Assembly: GCA_951406725.2 (NCBI GenBank)
Contig: OX597825.1
Location: 434,001-498,000, forward strand
Length of the DNA: 64,000 nt
From: Octopus vulgaris
Taxonomy: Eukaryota
Direction: 5' to 3'
A model generated the notes under the pieces. The model ran no database searches. It worked only from the letters and a program-made list of their open reading frames with translations, and was not told the origin of the DNA. The translations under genes and the position numbers were made by a program. Below, in pieces: positions 1-11,471 of this stretch. Within the stretch, counting starts at the first letter, position 1. Each line of letters begins with the position of its first letter.

Positions 1-57
1 AATAAACACTCACAACGCCTGGTCTGGGAATCGAAACCACTGGGCCATTGCGCCTCC
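1..57 (-). mobile_element. tRNA-derived SINE head fragment (same family as 51218-51510) with internal deletion
   Basis: Reverse complement reads ggaggcgcaatggcccagtggtt-tcgattcccagaccaggcgttgtgagtgtttatt, matching the 51218 copy minus ~34 nt. Confidence 0.7.
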
Positions 58-327
58 ACACACACACACACACACACATATGTATGTATATGTATATATG
101 TATATATATATATATATTTATATACATATATAAACAGTGAATAAAGAATAATTGATGTTGCGAAAAAACTTGGCTAAATAAAATTCACTATAGAAGCACT
201 ATTAAATTAAAATAGCCATCTGTGTATCATCTTTAATGTAGATATATCATGAAAGGCAAATGTGGTATTTGTTCCGAGATATCTCTTACGGACATGCCGT
301 TTCCATGAGGTTGCTTGTATTGGTAAT

Positions 328-730
328 AAAATTATTAACCATCTTACAAACAATAACTCTGAGCACCTTTTCAAACTCCATCTGTCTAACACCCGTGGAC
401 ATGTTTACAAAGTCAGAAAACAGCACAGCTCCCATGACTTTCGGAAACATTTTTTCACGTTAAGAGTTGCTGAAGCGTGGAACAAACTGCCGGCATCAGT
501 TGGTAGTTGTCGGAGCACTGCATCCTTCAAAACTTCCATGCTTCCTGAGATTCGCCAACACTACACCTGATTTTCTCCCCTCCATACACACACAAGCATG
601 TATCTGACTCATACACTGTTCACTTTCCAGGCATTTGTACATTACTGCATATGCTTTATATGCACTTTTGAGAAGTTGTGGTGCACCTGAGCACTGTATA
701 CAATAATTTCATTATTATTATTATTATTAT
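328..730 (+). mobile_element. CR1-like LINE 3' end (ORF2 C-terminus, 3' UTR, (ATT)n tail)
   Basis: Translates ...[36 protein letters not shown]; near-identical copies at 26.3 kb and 46.4 kb. Confidence 0.8.
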
Positions 731-1052
731 TGAGGTAGTCAATGATATAATGTGAATGTCTTGTGTCACCATTGTCGCAGTGGGTTGCATCTTTACTCTT
801 GCTGTGATGTGCTTGTTGGTGTTCTACTGTAGTGGTGTGAGATGTGTTAGCTGTGTGAATAATAACTGAAATTAAACTTTAACTTTAATATATATTACCA
901 GAAATTATATTATGTGTTGGCTATTTACAATGAAAGATGTTAATGATACAATTGCTGACTGGGAGAGTCTGTACAAAAGTGCAAAGCCATCTGCTCAAAT
1001 GCCCAGGGTCATCTGTCTGGTGAGCTAGGCACCAAACAGCTTCTATGAAGTA

Positions 1053-1550
1053 ATTGTAGTTTTGATACCTGTGCTGGTGGCACGTAAAAAGTACCATCCG
1101 AACGTGGCCGATGTCAGCGCCGCCTTGACTGGCTTCTGTGCCAGTGGAACATGACTTACTGTGCTTGAGGAGACCTATTGAGTCAAGTACATCAACATCA
1201 AAATAAATATCAAATGGAAATTGTAGTTGTGATACCTGTGCCGGTGGCACGTAAAAACATCCATCCGAACGTGGCCGATGCCAGCGTCACCTCGACTGGC
1301 TTCCGTGCCAGTGGCATGTAAAAAGCACTAACCAATCGTGGCTGTTGCCAGCTTCGCCTGGCACCTGTGCCGGTGGTACATAAAAAGCACCCACTACACT
1401 CATGGAGTGGTTGGCGTTAGGAAGGGCATCCGGCTGTAGAAACACTGCCAGATCAGTATGGGACCTGGTGCAGCCTTCTGGCTTCCCAGACCCCGGTCGA
1501 ACCGTCCAACCCATGCTAGCATGGAAAACAGACGTTAAACGATGATGATG
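1053..1550 (+). mobile_element. RTE LINE 3' UTR copy with hairpin modules and (GAT)n tail
   Basis: Repeated gtgccggtggcacgtaaaaagcacc modules; shared end catgctagcatggaaaac-gacgttaaacgatgatgat. Confidence 0.75.
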
Positions 1551-1769
1551 ATAGTTTAACTGTAACTACATTATCTTATGTGTTCTTCCTATTTTAAAAT
1601 AGTTGTCAGAAGGAGATTTGGCTACTATCTCTAGTTGATTGACTAACCGCATGTAGGCTTCCTTGTATCCTAAAGAAATTATATCTTAATTGGAAGAGCA
1701 TCAAACAACCTGACAGTCATAGGTATGAAGCAAGATAGTATTCAATGATGATGATGATGATGATCCTCA

Positions 1770-3218
1770 GAGCAATCTGGGCTGCATGTGAAGTGTCAGT
1801 GCTGTGCAAACGCTCTTGAAATAAAAACAGTGCAATATGGGAGGCTGTAGCAGTTCAACTTGCCAGGAAAGATCGTTGTGATGCTGAACGGAAACACAGA
1901 CAGCATAGAACAGAAGAAGATGCGACAGATCATGCATCCGTCTCAAGCAAGTGAGAAAAAAAGCCAAAGAAAGTCCTCACTCCCCAGTCAGCCCTCTTCA
2001 CAATCCCCACACAGGTCGGATCACTGATGACCCCTAGGAATGTGCTGAGCTTATTGCTGAATGCTATGCTGGCATTTTTACTGCTGAAAATCCCAATGTA
2101 CCTTCTTCCCCAACTCTGACATCAAATTCCGTAACATCTGTGAAATTCACACCCACAATACTGTGATGCCATCTCAAGAATAAGCGCAACACCATCAAGA
2201 CCTCTCCTGGTCTTGATGGCGTTACTTATTTGCTTCTCAAACATGGTGGGTTCTTTCTATTGCACCAGCTTTCTTCCTTTTTTCAATTCTGCCCTAACAT
2301 CTGTGTCACTCCAGCGCACTGGAAAATTGCCAGTGCCGTTACCTTGTTCAAAAAAGATGATCACACATCACCTGTCAACTATCATCAAGTCAGCCTTACT
2401 AGCTGCATTTGGAGTCCTGTGACAAAGAAACACTCTGGAACTTTTGGAGCTCTCACAGCCTTATTCGACCCTCACAATTTGGTTTTATCCCCAACTCCAG
2501 CTGCTGTAGTCAACTCATCGGGTTTCTTGAGGACATCAACCAAGTTACTGATGGCGCTCATGGGTGGATGCTGTCCACCTCGATTTTGCTAAAGCCTTCA
2601 ATTCTGTGCCACACAAACGGCTCATGGTAAAACTCTCTGCAATGGGTGTGAAAGATGATCTCTATTACAGGCTGAAGTCCTTCATTCTCAGTTGGAAAGA
2701 GGTAGTTACGGTTCTAGGACATCATTCTTCACTTTTCAAGATGACTTCTAGTGTACTACAGGGATCCGTTCTTGGACCCCTACTGCAATACAGTAATGGA
2801 TCTCTGACTGGCAACTTAAGCTAGCTGTGGACAAGTGCATCACCATGCATTTTGGGAGGAAAAATCCAGCCTTTACATACTCCCTCAGCAACACCAATCT
2901 CAAGAAGTCTTCTAGCAGACGTGATTTGGGTATTATTGTAAACAACGATCTGCGCTGAACAAACGACATCTCTAAGATTGTCAAGAAGGGTGAGGAGGTG
3001 CTAGTATCACTCAGTAAGACCTTTGTCAGTCACTCTCCAGCTATCTGTCTAAGATTGTATACAACAATGGTACATCCACACTTGGAATATGCATCACCAG
3101 TCTGGAACCGCTATCTTACTCAGCATATAAATCTCCTAGAAACTGTTCAGAAATGTGAAACAAAATGAATACCCACCCTCAGACATCTACCATACTCTGA
3201 ATGTCTTGTTTCCTTGGG
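1770..3218 (+). mobile_element. Degenerate CR1-like LINE ORF2 (RT) fragment
   Basis: Frameshifted motifs WKIASAVTLFKK, YHQVSLTSC, QFGF, DAVHLDFAKAFNSVPH, VLQGSVLGPLL, HLEYASPVWN; YADD region missing. Confidence 0.8.
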
Positions 3219-3419
3219 ATTTTTGAAAAACAAAGGGAACTTTGTGGCTGTGTTCAGTGAACAAATTAAACACACTACCTTGGCAGTGGCTAAAACTCGA
3301 ACCGATCAAGTTTATGTATTTATATTTTTTTTTTCTGTTTGTTTACTTTTACACAATATTAAAACAACAGCTAAAAATTTTCTGAAGCAGCACCCCCCCC
3401 CCCCCACTAATTTTATCAG

Positions 3420-3680
3420 TGTTAGACCAAGAACAAACTGAGAATACAGATGTAACAACAAGAATTCCATCAAATCCAATGAAATTGACTGCAAAGGATA
3501 TTGCTAAAGAGTTAACACTTATAGAGGAGGCTCAATGAGTTTTTGCCGGTAACAACACTAATTGTAAATGTATCATAAAAATTAGAAAAGGAGTTTACAA
3601 TGAGCTCCATTCCTGCACTGATCTGTCCAAAGAGATGATGTGACACAAACGCCAACCATTTCAGCTGATGTTGAACTATG
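3420..3680 (+). mobile_element. Possible Tigger/pogo transposase C-terminal relic
   Basis: Stop-interrupted frame MKLTAKDIAKELTLIEEAQ*VF..IIKIRKGVYNELHSCTDLSKE loosely resembles Tigger C-termini; similarity judged by eye only. Confidence 0.25.
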
Positions 3681-3872
3681 AGATAGAAGATAATGTCCTT
3701 CCTCATCTTCCCAGTAATTCTATGTATACAGCATTGTTAGAAAAACATAAATCTGGAGAAGAAGCACACTCGAAGAAGTAGAGCAGTCTATATATATTTT
3801 TATATATATATTCATAATAATGAGAATAAAGAATTTATACATTCAAACTTTGTTTCTCTTACTATGTAAGTA

Positions 3873-3878
<6 letters not shown>

Positions 3879-3964
<86 letters not shown>
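3879..3964. repeat. (TA)n microsatellite
   Basis: Pure TA run. Confidence 0.95.
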
Positions 3965-3966
<2 letters not shown>

Positions 3967-4020
3967 AAAATAGAGAGATAATTAATAATTATTTATTTAT
4001 AAAAAAAAATTAAACATAAT

Positions 4021-4101
4021 CTCTGACAGCTATTTTAATTCCAAACCTTTATAAATAAATTACCACAATTAAAATCATTTAAAAGTCAAATCTCATCAGA
4101 G
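4021..4101 (-). ncRNA. Degenerate hammerhead-ribozyme-like motif of Penelope-like element type
   Basis: Minus strand ctCTGATGAg...ttAAAAtagctgtc-agag; expected GAAAcagctgtc is mutated and stem I is weak. Confidence 0.3.
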
Positions 4102-5072
4102 TTGGTTAAAAATATACAATTAAGTGTTCATATTCCTGCATGTTGAGTATACGGCTCCAAATTATTAACTGATAAAATTCATATATAAAGAATATAGTAT
4201 AAACCTTACAAAGGGGAGGAAGGTAGTATATTTATTGGAGTTATAATAAAAGTAAGAATAAAACAATATGTTATTCTAGAGTGTTAAATAAAAGAAATTG
4301 TGAAAGTAGGTGTGTAGGTATAATAGCAATATATTACAATAGTACCAATACTAATGCTATAGATACCATCATCATTTAACTCCGTTCTCCTTGCTGGCAT
4401 GGGTTAGATAAATAGATAAATAGATAGATAGACAGAAAGACAGACACACGCGTGTATGTAAATATGTACATGCAAAAGACGGTACTCCAGCGTGGCCGCA
4501 GTTAAATGACTGAAACAAGTGAAAAAATAAAAGAATATATGCATATATATGTATGTGTGTGTGTATATATATTTATAGGTATATATACCTATATATGTGT
4601 GTGTATGCATACACACACGCACACAAACATATATGAAATTTTATAAAACAGATTCTTTTATAAAACACGTCTCGCTCCCAAACATTTTCCCTGAATCCAT
4701 TTTGGGAGAAACGCAACCTTAATAATCTCGAATCCGCACGTCTGCTAAGTTAGTTTCTCCCTGAATTTTCCCAACTCTGGTCTCTTTCTGCCCCCAGTGC
4801 CCCCATTTGACATCACACAGTTAAGCTCACATTCCGCAGTTTAGACTATTTGCTCAGACGTAACATTTAATCCGATGGCTTTACTCCCGACCCCCCACCA
4901 GGCGCAGGGGCACAGCTTTCTTTCTCTTGTTCTGTTTATCTACTCGGAAAGTTCGTATGTACGCGGTGCCATTGAATGCTCAGATGGATGTTTGCCCATT
5001 CTGCACTTGATTTTATGAAGTAAGCAGTTTGGTTCCCGTAAACTTAAATAAACTGACCACTAAATCGTCGAC

Positions 5073-5121
5073 GTGTGTGTGTGTGCGTACATGCACGCAT
5101 GTATATATGTATGTATGTATG

Positions 5122-5160
<39 letters not shown>

Positions 5161-5347
5161 ATGTATGTATGTATGTATGTATGTATGTATGTATGCATGT
5201 ATGTATGTATGTGTGTGTGTATGTATGCATGTATGTATATATGTGAATGTGTGTGTGTGTATGTATGTATGTGTATGTATGTATGTATGTATGTGTGTGT
5301 GTATGTATGTATGTATGTATGTGTGTGTGTATGTATGTATGTATGTA

Positions 5348-5400
<53 letters not shown>

Positions 5401-5567
5401 ATGTATGCATGTATGTATGTATGTGTGTGTGTATGTATGCATGTATGTATATATGTGAATGTGTGTGTGTGTGTATGTATGTGTATGTATGTATGTATGT
5501 ATGTATGTGTGTGTGTATGTATGTATGTATGTGTGTGTGTATGTATGTATGTATGCATGCATGTATG
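5073..5567. repeat. Compound (TATG)n/(TG)n microsatellite with ~210-bp higher-order duplication
   Basis: Interrupting block gcatgtatgtatatatgtgaatgtg occurs at ~5227 and ~5439. Confidence 0.9.
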
Positions 5568-8279
5568 TTCAATGGATACTTATGGAAGAGGCCCCCTATT
5601 GTATATTCCTTATTATTCTCAGTATGTTAGAATATATAAATGCTTCAATTATGTTTGTCTTTTCTAATTGCTAAGTTATTCAAACGGCGATCAGATTCTT
5701 TATCAACGTAATTAAAAATAAACGGTACTAAATACACAATTACACGCGTATAGAAAAACCCCTACTCCAAATAATAGAAGGCTTCGTTCGTCTACAGCTT
5801 AGTTTTCGGATTCATCACCACTAAGTGATTAATGAATTCTATCACCACTATCAATTCAATCAGTTTCTAAATAGAATATCACTCGATTACAGGTGGAACA
5901 GTCTACTACAGGTAACATTCTTAACAGCGTGTTGAATTAGGGCGTATAGACACAAAATATTTGCAGCGTCGATCATGCAAAAGGTGTAATGACATGGATA
6001 CGTGAATACTAGAAGGGAAACTGGAAAAGGCTCAACCCAAGAATACTTGTTGCTGGACTTTCCAAAATGACTCCCACTTCCAATAATCACGAGAACCAGT
6101 TGGACAAGAGTGGATAGAACTGTAGCAGATCGACTGGATTGTTGAAATGTCAACATGCAGTTTTTACTGTCCTAAAAAAAAGTGAAAGTAAATTGTTCTT
6201 AAAAAAACGTAAGTATAATGTGATAGAAACTGGAAGTGACGACAGAGGCATGTCAAAATTCCATAAAACATGCCTGATGGTCTACTTTTGTGGGTCAAGG
6301 CAAATTTTATACTCAAGAAATTGTCAACCATTCAGTCAATCGGTTTCGCCTTCATTGGCATAATAAATAGCAGTTGTCTGGATCTATGAGAAGGATGTAG
6401 AGTGAAGTGAGTGGTGTCAGAAGATCCAAGAAGAGACTCAGTAAACTTCTGATAATGAAGAGAATAAAAGGTGATATAAAGCGATAATAGTTCAAGTACA
6501 GACAGAAAGACAACAATCACAGCCAAAAATATATACATTAGTACACTAGGCAAAAACAACAAAAAACAAAAAAAAAACCCACAGAAAAGTGAACAGTAAA
6601 AAGGAAAGGCTGCACAGATACGTCAGTATTGGTGAATTTCGGGAAGAACAGAATTTTTGAAAGATGCACCAATGCCAGTATTTTTTCTCTGCTTCAATGA
6701 GTCTGAGCGCGAAAAAAAATGTTTCCAAAAGTCACGAGTACTGAATAATTAAAAAAATTTTTTATTAGCATGGCCATGAGTGGTAGAGGTATTGAATTAA
6801 AAAAGATGGGTAAATTTGTTGTTGGAGAAATGGTGGATAATCTTGTGGGTTTCTAGCAAGTCAGCTGCTTACGATGTAGTATGATCATGCCCAGAGGAGC
6901 AAAACATTCAAGATATGCTGGACGGTTGGCGTAAAGTATTCTTCTGGTTGCAGAGATACCTTACTGTATTTAGCTACAGCCTTTAATGTTGTAAGTTCAA
7001 ATCCCTCGATGTCAACTTTACTTTTCATCTCTCTGGAGTCGATAAATTAAAGCGTTAATCAAGAACTAAGGTGGATTTTATCGAGCTTACTCACACAAAA
7101 TTTATGGTCTTGTCTCAACGACAGAAATAAATTATAAAATCTAGATCGCCATAGATGGAACAATGTGCAAATCTCTCCAGAATCGAGAATGCAATTTGGT
7201 TTCGATGCTCGGTTGATTGCAATGGCGTAGGGTGAGGTGTGCAATGTATGCGGACCATACATGATGACCACGCTTCGTACGTGTGTTTACTATAAGCAAA
7301 GTTATGTGACATTTCAGGAAGAGGGCAACCACGGGGTAGCCAAAAGCTATACTACGCCACTTGCAGATTAATACTGGGTAATTTCACTGATGCCTCTAGG
7401 AATCCACAACTAAACTGTTACACATATCACCTTTCCCTGACACCTAGTTAAAGAATAAGAATTTAGTCAGAAAGATTGTACCGTTATAATTGTATAATCT
7501 GACGAACCACTTGCATTCCAATTCTGATAGATTGACTATTGAAATCAATTCTCACAACTTCTGGTCCTCTTTTAAGCGGTCTGGTCGTTAAATCGTAGTT
7601 GGTGAAGGTGAAAATGACCCTGCTAATAATATTTCTATATTCTTTATTTCGTGTGTGGAGAGAGGTGAGAATTAAGAATGTCTTGTCCCAGTGCTTGGAG
7701 AAATTCATTGCAGATGAAGTAATTCTTTTTAACCTGAGGTTGAACAGCGACCAGGAATCCTGCGTTGTGTTCATCTGTATTCTCAGGAACCTCTTTCAAC
7801 TTCTACAATGACTGTCCCACACTTCGATATTTATGACCATATTTTAGCAGGAAACCCATGGAAAATTCCATCGATTATACAGTTGCAACTGAAGTACTAT
7901 TGGTTAAAATCCAGGGCAAGTCGCCTAATATGCAGAGACCCATTTATCGTTACTGAGTTAACACGGTTTCTAATCTAAGCCCGCTACACCCATAAATATG
8001 TCTGAATATCACGCAGTTTTATTTCGCTCTGACAGTTGGTGCATTTGGTGCAAAATAAGAAATTGGTTCACTTAGACGATCGTTTGAGTTGTTTTCTTGG
8101 TTCCTGTTCTGAGATTAAATCAGTTCGTTTCACCAATTCTAGCGAGAAAAGTATAAACTTCGCCCCATTCTCATTTCGAGACCTTGTAATTTGAGGGGAA
8201 AAAAAATCCATTTTGAAACAAAATGCAACTGGAGTGATTTGGTGCAAAATAGCGTATGTGTTTGCGATAAAGAAAGATT

Positions 8280-8307
8280 GTGTGTGTGCGTGTGTATGTG
8301 TGTGTGT

Positions 8308-8359
<52 letters not shown>

Positions 8360-9082
8360 GGGTATGTGTGTGTGTGTCTTGCAAACAATCTTTATGTTTT
8401 TATCTCGTTTTGTATTTGTATACATTTATTTTTTGTCTGTTTAATCCAAGCTGAAAGTTGTTTTATCAGCGAGCAGACAAGATAAACATTATATCTCCTT
8501 AACTCAGACTCCCAATCGTCACTGCCAACTCCCCACCACCACCACCACCACCACCACCACCACCACCCATATCATCATCATCACCATCACCACAACCATG
8601 ACCAACACCTGTACAACAAGCAACCATCGCCACCACCGTTACCGCCATAGTCATCGTCCCATCCACCAACACTTGAACACCCGTATCATCATCATCATCA
8701 TCATCATTATCATCATCATCATCATCATCATCACCAACATGATCACCACTAATAACGGCAGCAACATCACAAAGTACCCTTCTTAGGGTAACGTGGACGG
8801 GTACGTTAAAGGAAATAAAACTTTGAGCCAGACGTATTTACTGAGAGTGTGAAGACTCGGAGTGTATTAGAATGAGTGTGGCGGTGGTGGTGGTTGGCTG
8901 GGTGCGCACCTAAGTGAATGTGTGTAAGTGTGTGTGGTGGAGGCGGTGGTGGAGGCGGTGGTGGAGGCGGTGGTGGAGGCGGTGGTGGTGGCGGCGGTGG
9001 TGGTGGCGGCGGTGGCGGCGGCGGTGGCGGTGGTGGTGGTGACGGCAGCGGCGGCGGTGGAGGCGGTGGTGGCGGCGGTGGT
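8280..9082. repeat. Cluster of simple repeats: (GT)n/(GA)n, (CAC)n/(CAT)n, (GGT/GGC)n
   Basis: Direct reading at 8280-8377, 8534-8733 and 8933-9082. Confidence 0.9.
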
Positions 9083-9980
9083 GTAAGGACGGGCTAAAGT
9101 AAGCATGTCTTTCCATGTTGGCGAGTGCGTATATTGGGGGGTAGGGGTAGACAGGTGGTTTGAAGAACGGGGGTTAGCAGTATTATAAAAGAAAGAAAAA
9201 GAGGACCCTACAACTTTACATTTGGTTTCCCGAGGAAAACTGTTATGTCGCGTCTGTTGCTTGAAAATAACAAACACTAGTTCGTGACTAGCTTACTAAA
9301 AGCATTTCTTACAATGACCCAGTCATCTGTAGTTATGCGGGGCCAGCTTTCTTGGAACCTGTTCGGTGTGCTTGCTTATAAAGACTCGAAGATAAAGGGC
9401 TAAAGCGAATGTTTGCTCCTACTAACTCCATAAAACATACATATATACACATTCATACAAGATTTTTCCCCCTTCGAACGTGACAAAGTTCTGTAACATA
9501 TGTGTGAAATGAAAGTCTCAGTAAGATAGCAAACGAAAGGAGTTTTAGATTGTGCGGAGTAAGGCCAATATTAAACAACCACAGAGAATCTATGTGACAC
9601 ACATTTAACTATTATGATCGGTAGTCATTAATTTTAACACCCCCATCAATGATGACAATAATTCTGAAACATATATATTGTTTAAAACACCTGCCCCTGT
9701 TTGAGCGATTACCTTCAAAACGAAATGTCTCATTCAAGTGGTTTGGGATACCGTTCTCCACTACTTCATACTCCGATGTGTAACCCTTACAAATTGGAAT
9801 TTAAATGAATATATTTTCCCCCCAACTGTTGGAATATTTTCGAAATTACCTAGAATTTTATTTATTGGAAAGAAAGAGAAACGGATTTTAAAAATATTTA
9901 AATATTCTTATATTAATATGTATTTTGAACAGATTTTTTTGTCCAGTCTCTAAACATAAAGGTTTAGAGGAAAAATACCC

Positions 9981-10048
<68 letters not shown>

Positions 10049-10377
10049 AGACATATGTACACAAATGCAGTTTCAGCCCCACACAAACGCGCGAGCACAC
10101 ATATATACACACATACACACACACGCATTGTCATATCTTTATGATCATGCAAGATGACTATTTCTTCTGTAATTTTAATTTTCAAACTATCAGAAATTTG
10201 AATTGATATTCAAAAGAAATATTAATTATAAATAAACGATGGCTTTCAATAATGTTCAATTGTTCGATCTTGTTCAAGAATATATAACCCTAAATAGTTC
10301 AATACTTCGTCAGATCAATACACATCTATAATGTATCAATGTAGAATAATATATGCGCATATATAAAGAACTTAAGA

Positions 10378-10951
10378 ATGCTATTTCTACGAACCCTAAC
10401 ATTATTAGCCATTATATTGAACGTTTGCTCAAGGCGTAGATATTTCTTTCGTTGGCGTAGTAGACGTTTCATGCCAGTTGCCAAATTTCCGTGTACCTCA
10501 AAAGATATGCAATGGGTACGACATCCTTTCAACTGTTCTATGTATTTTGTATGTGGACACGGCGTACCTCATCAAATGCCACCCTGTCCCATGGACAGAA
10601 TCTGGTCGAACAAAGTGACAAACTGCGTTCCAGTTGGTTCCAGGTGGGATGACTGCAAGACAGTCGGAAGAATGGAAATGAATTCCACAGAAATTAACGA
10701 CAAAAGACCAGTTGTAACCGGTAAAACTACAGTGACACACCTCAGTACATCCCCGTCTTCTGGGTTTTCATTCCTGCTCACTTCAGAGGTATCTACAACT
10801 GAAGTAACAATACATGCATCAAAATCCATTAAAGGCCAACCAAACGTTACTCCTACATCAAAGCAATGGAAATATTCTACATCTGGAAAACAACAGTGGA
10901 AAGAAAGGCAAACATCTGTGCAAGACAATCTTTCAACTCAAATCCCTATTG
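10378..10951 (+). CDS. Protease exon 1: signal peptide, Arg-rich segment, peritrophin-A/CBM14 domain, Ser/Thr-rich linker
   Basis: [18 protein letters not shown]; six Cys spaced C-x13-C-x5-C-x10-C-x12-C-x9-C; donor G|gtaag at 10952 (phase 1). Confidence 0.85.
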
Positions 10952-11143
10952 GTAAGAATTTCTGTTGTTTCATCTCTTATTTTTCAAAATTATTTCTTGA
11001 CTTTTTTGTTAATAAGTTAGAAGAAGCAAGTCTGCAAGCTAGTTTCTATTCCTTGTTGAAACCGCTTCCTTTCACATACCCTGTTGAGGTACTTGGAGAA
11101 GGTAAGAAATGGTTACAACATCCCATTTCTTTAATTATTTCAA

Positions 11144-11200
<57 letters not shown>

Positions 11201-11212
11201 CGTATCTATCTG

Positions 11213-11275
<63 letters not shown>

Positions 11276-11280
11276 GTCTG

Positions 11281-11372
<92 letters not shown>

Positions 11373-11373
11373 G

Positions 11374-11471
<98 letters not shown>

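Noticed and set aside
921-1514. Recurrent ORFs such as MPPAQVSQLQFPFDIY and MGWTVRPGSGKP seen many times
   Set aside because: Antisense translations of the RTE 3' UTR repeat, not a gene family.
5013-5674. Long HTYI/VCMY ORFs on both strands
   Set aside because: These are translations of a (TATG)/(TG) microsatellite with no coding signal.
7484-7870. Minus-strand ORFs in unique sequence
   Set aside because: No recognisable domain, stops in alternative frames, and no convincing splice sites.
8867-9277. Thr/Ala-rich and His/Arg-rich ORFs
   Set aside because: Derived from (GGT/GGC)n repeats; no splice or homology support.
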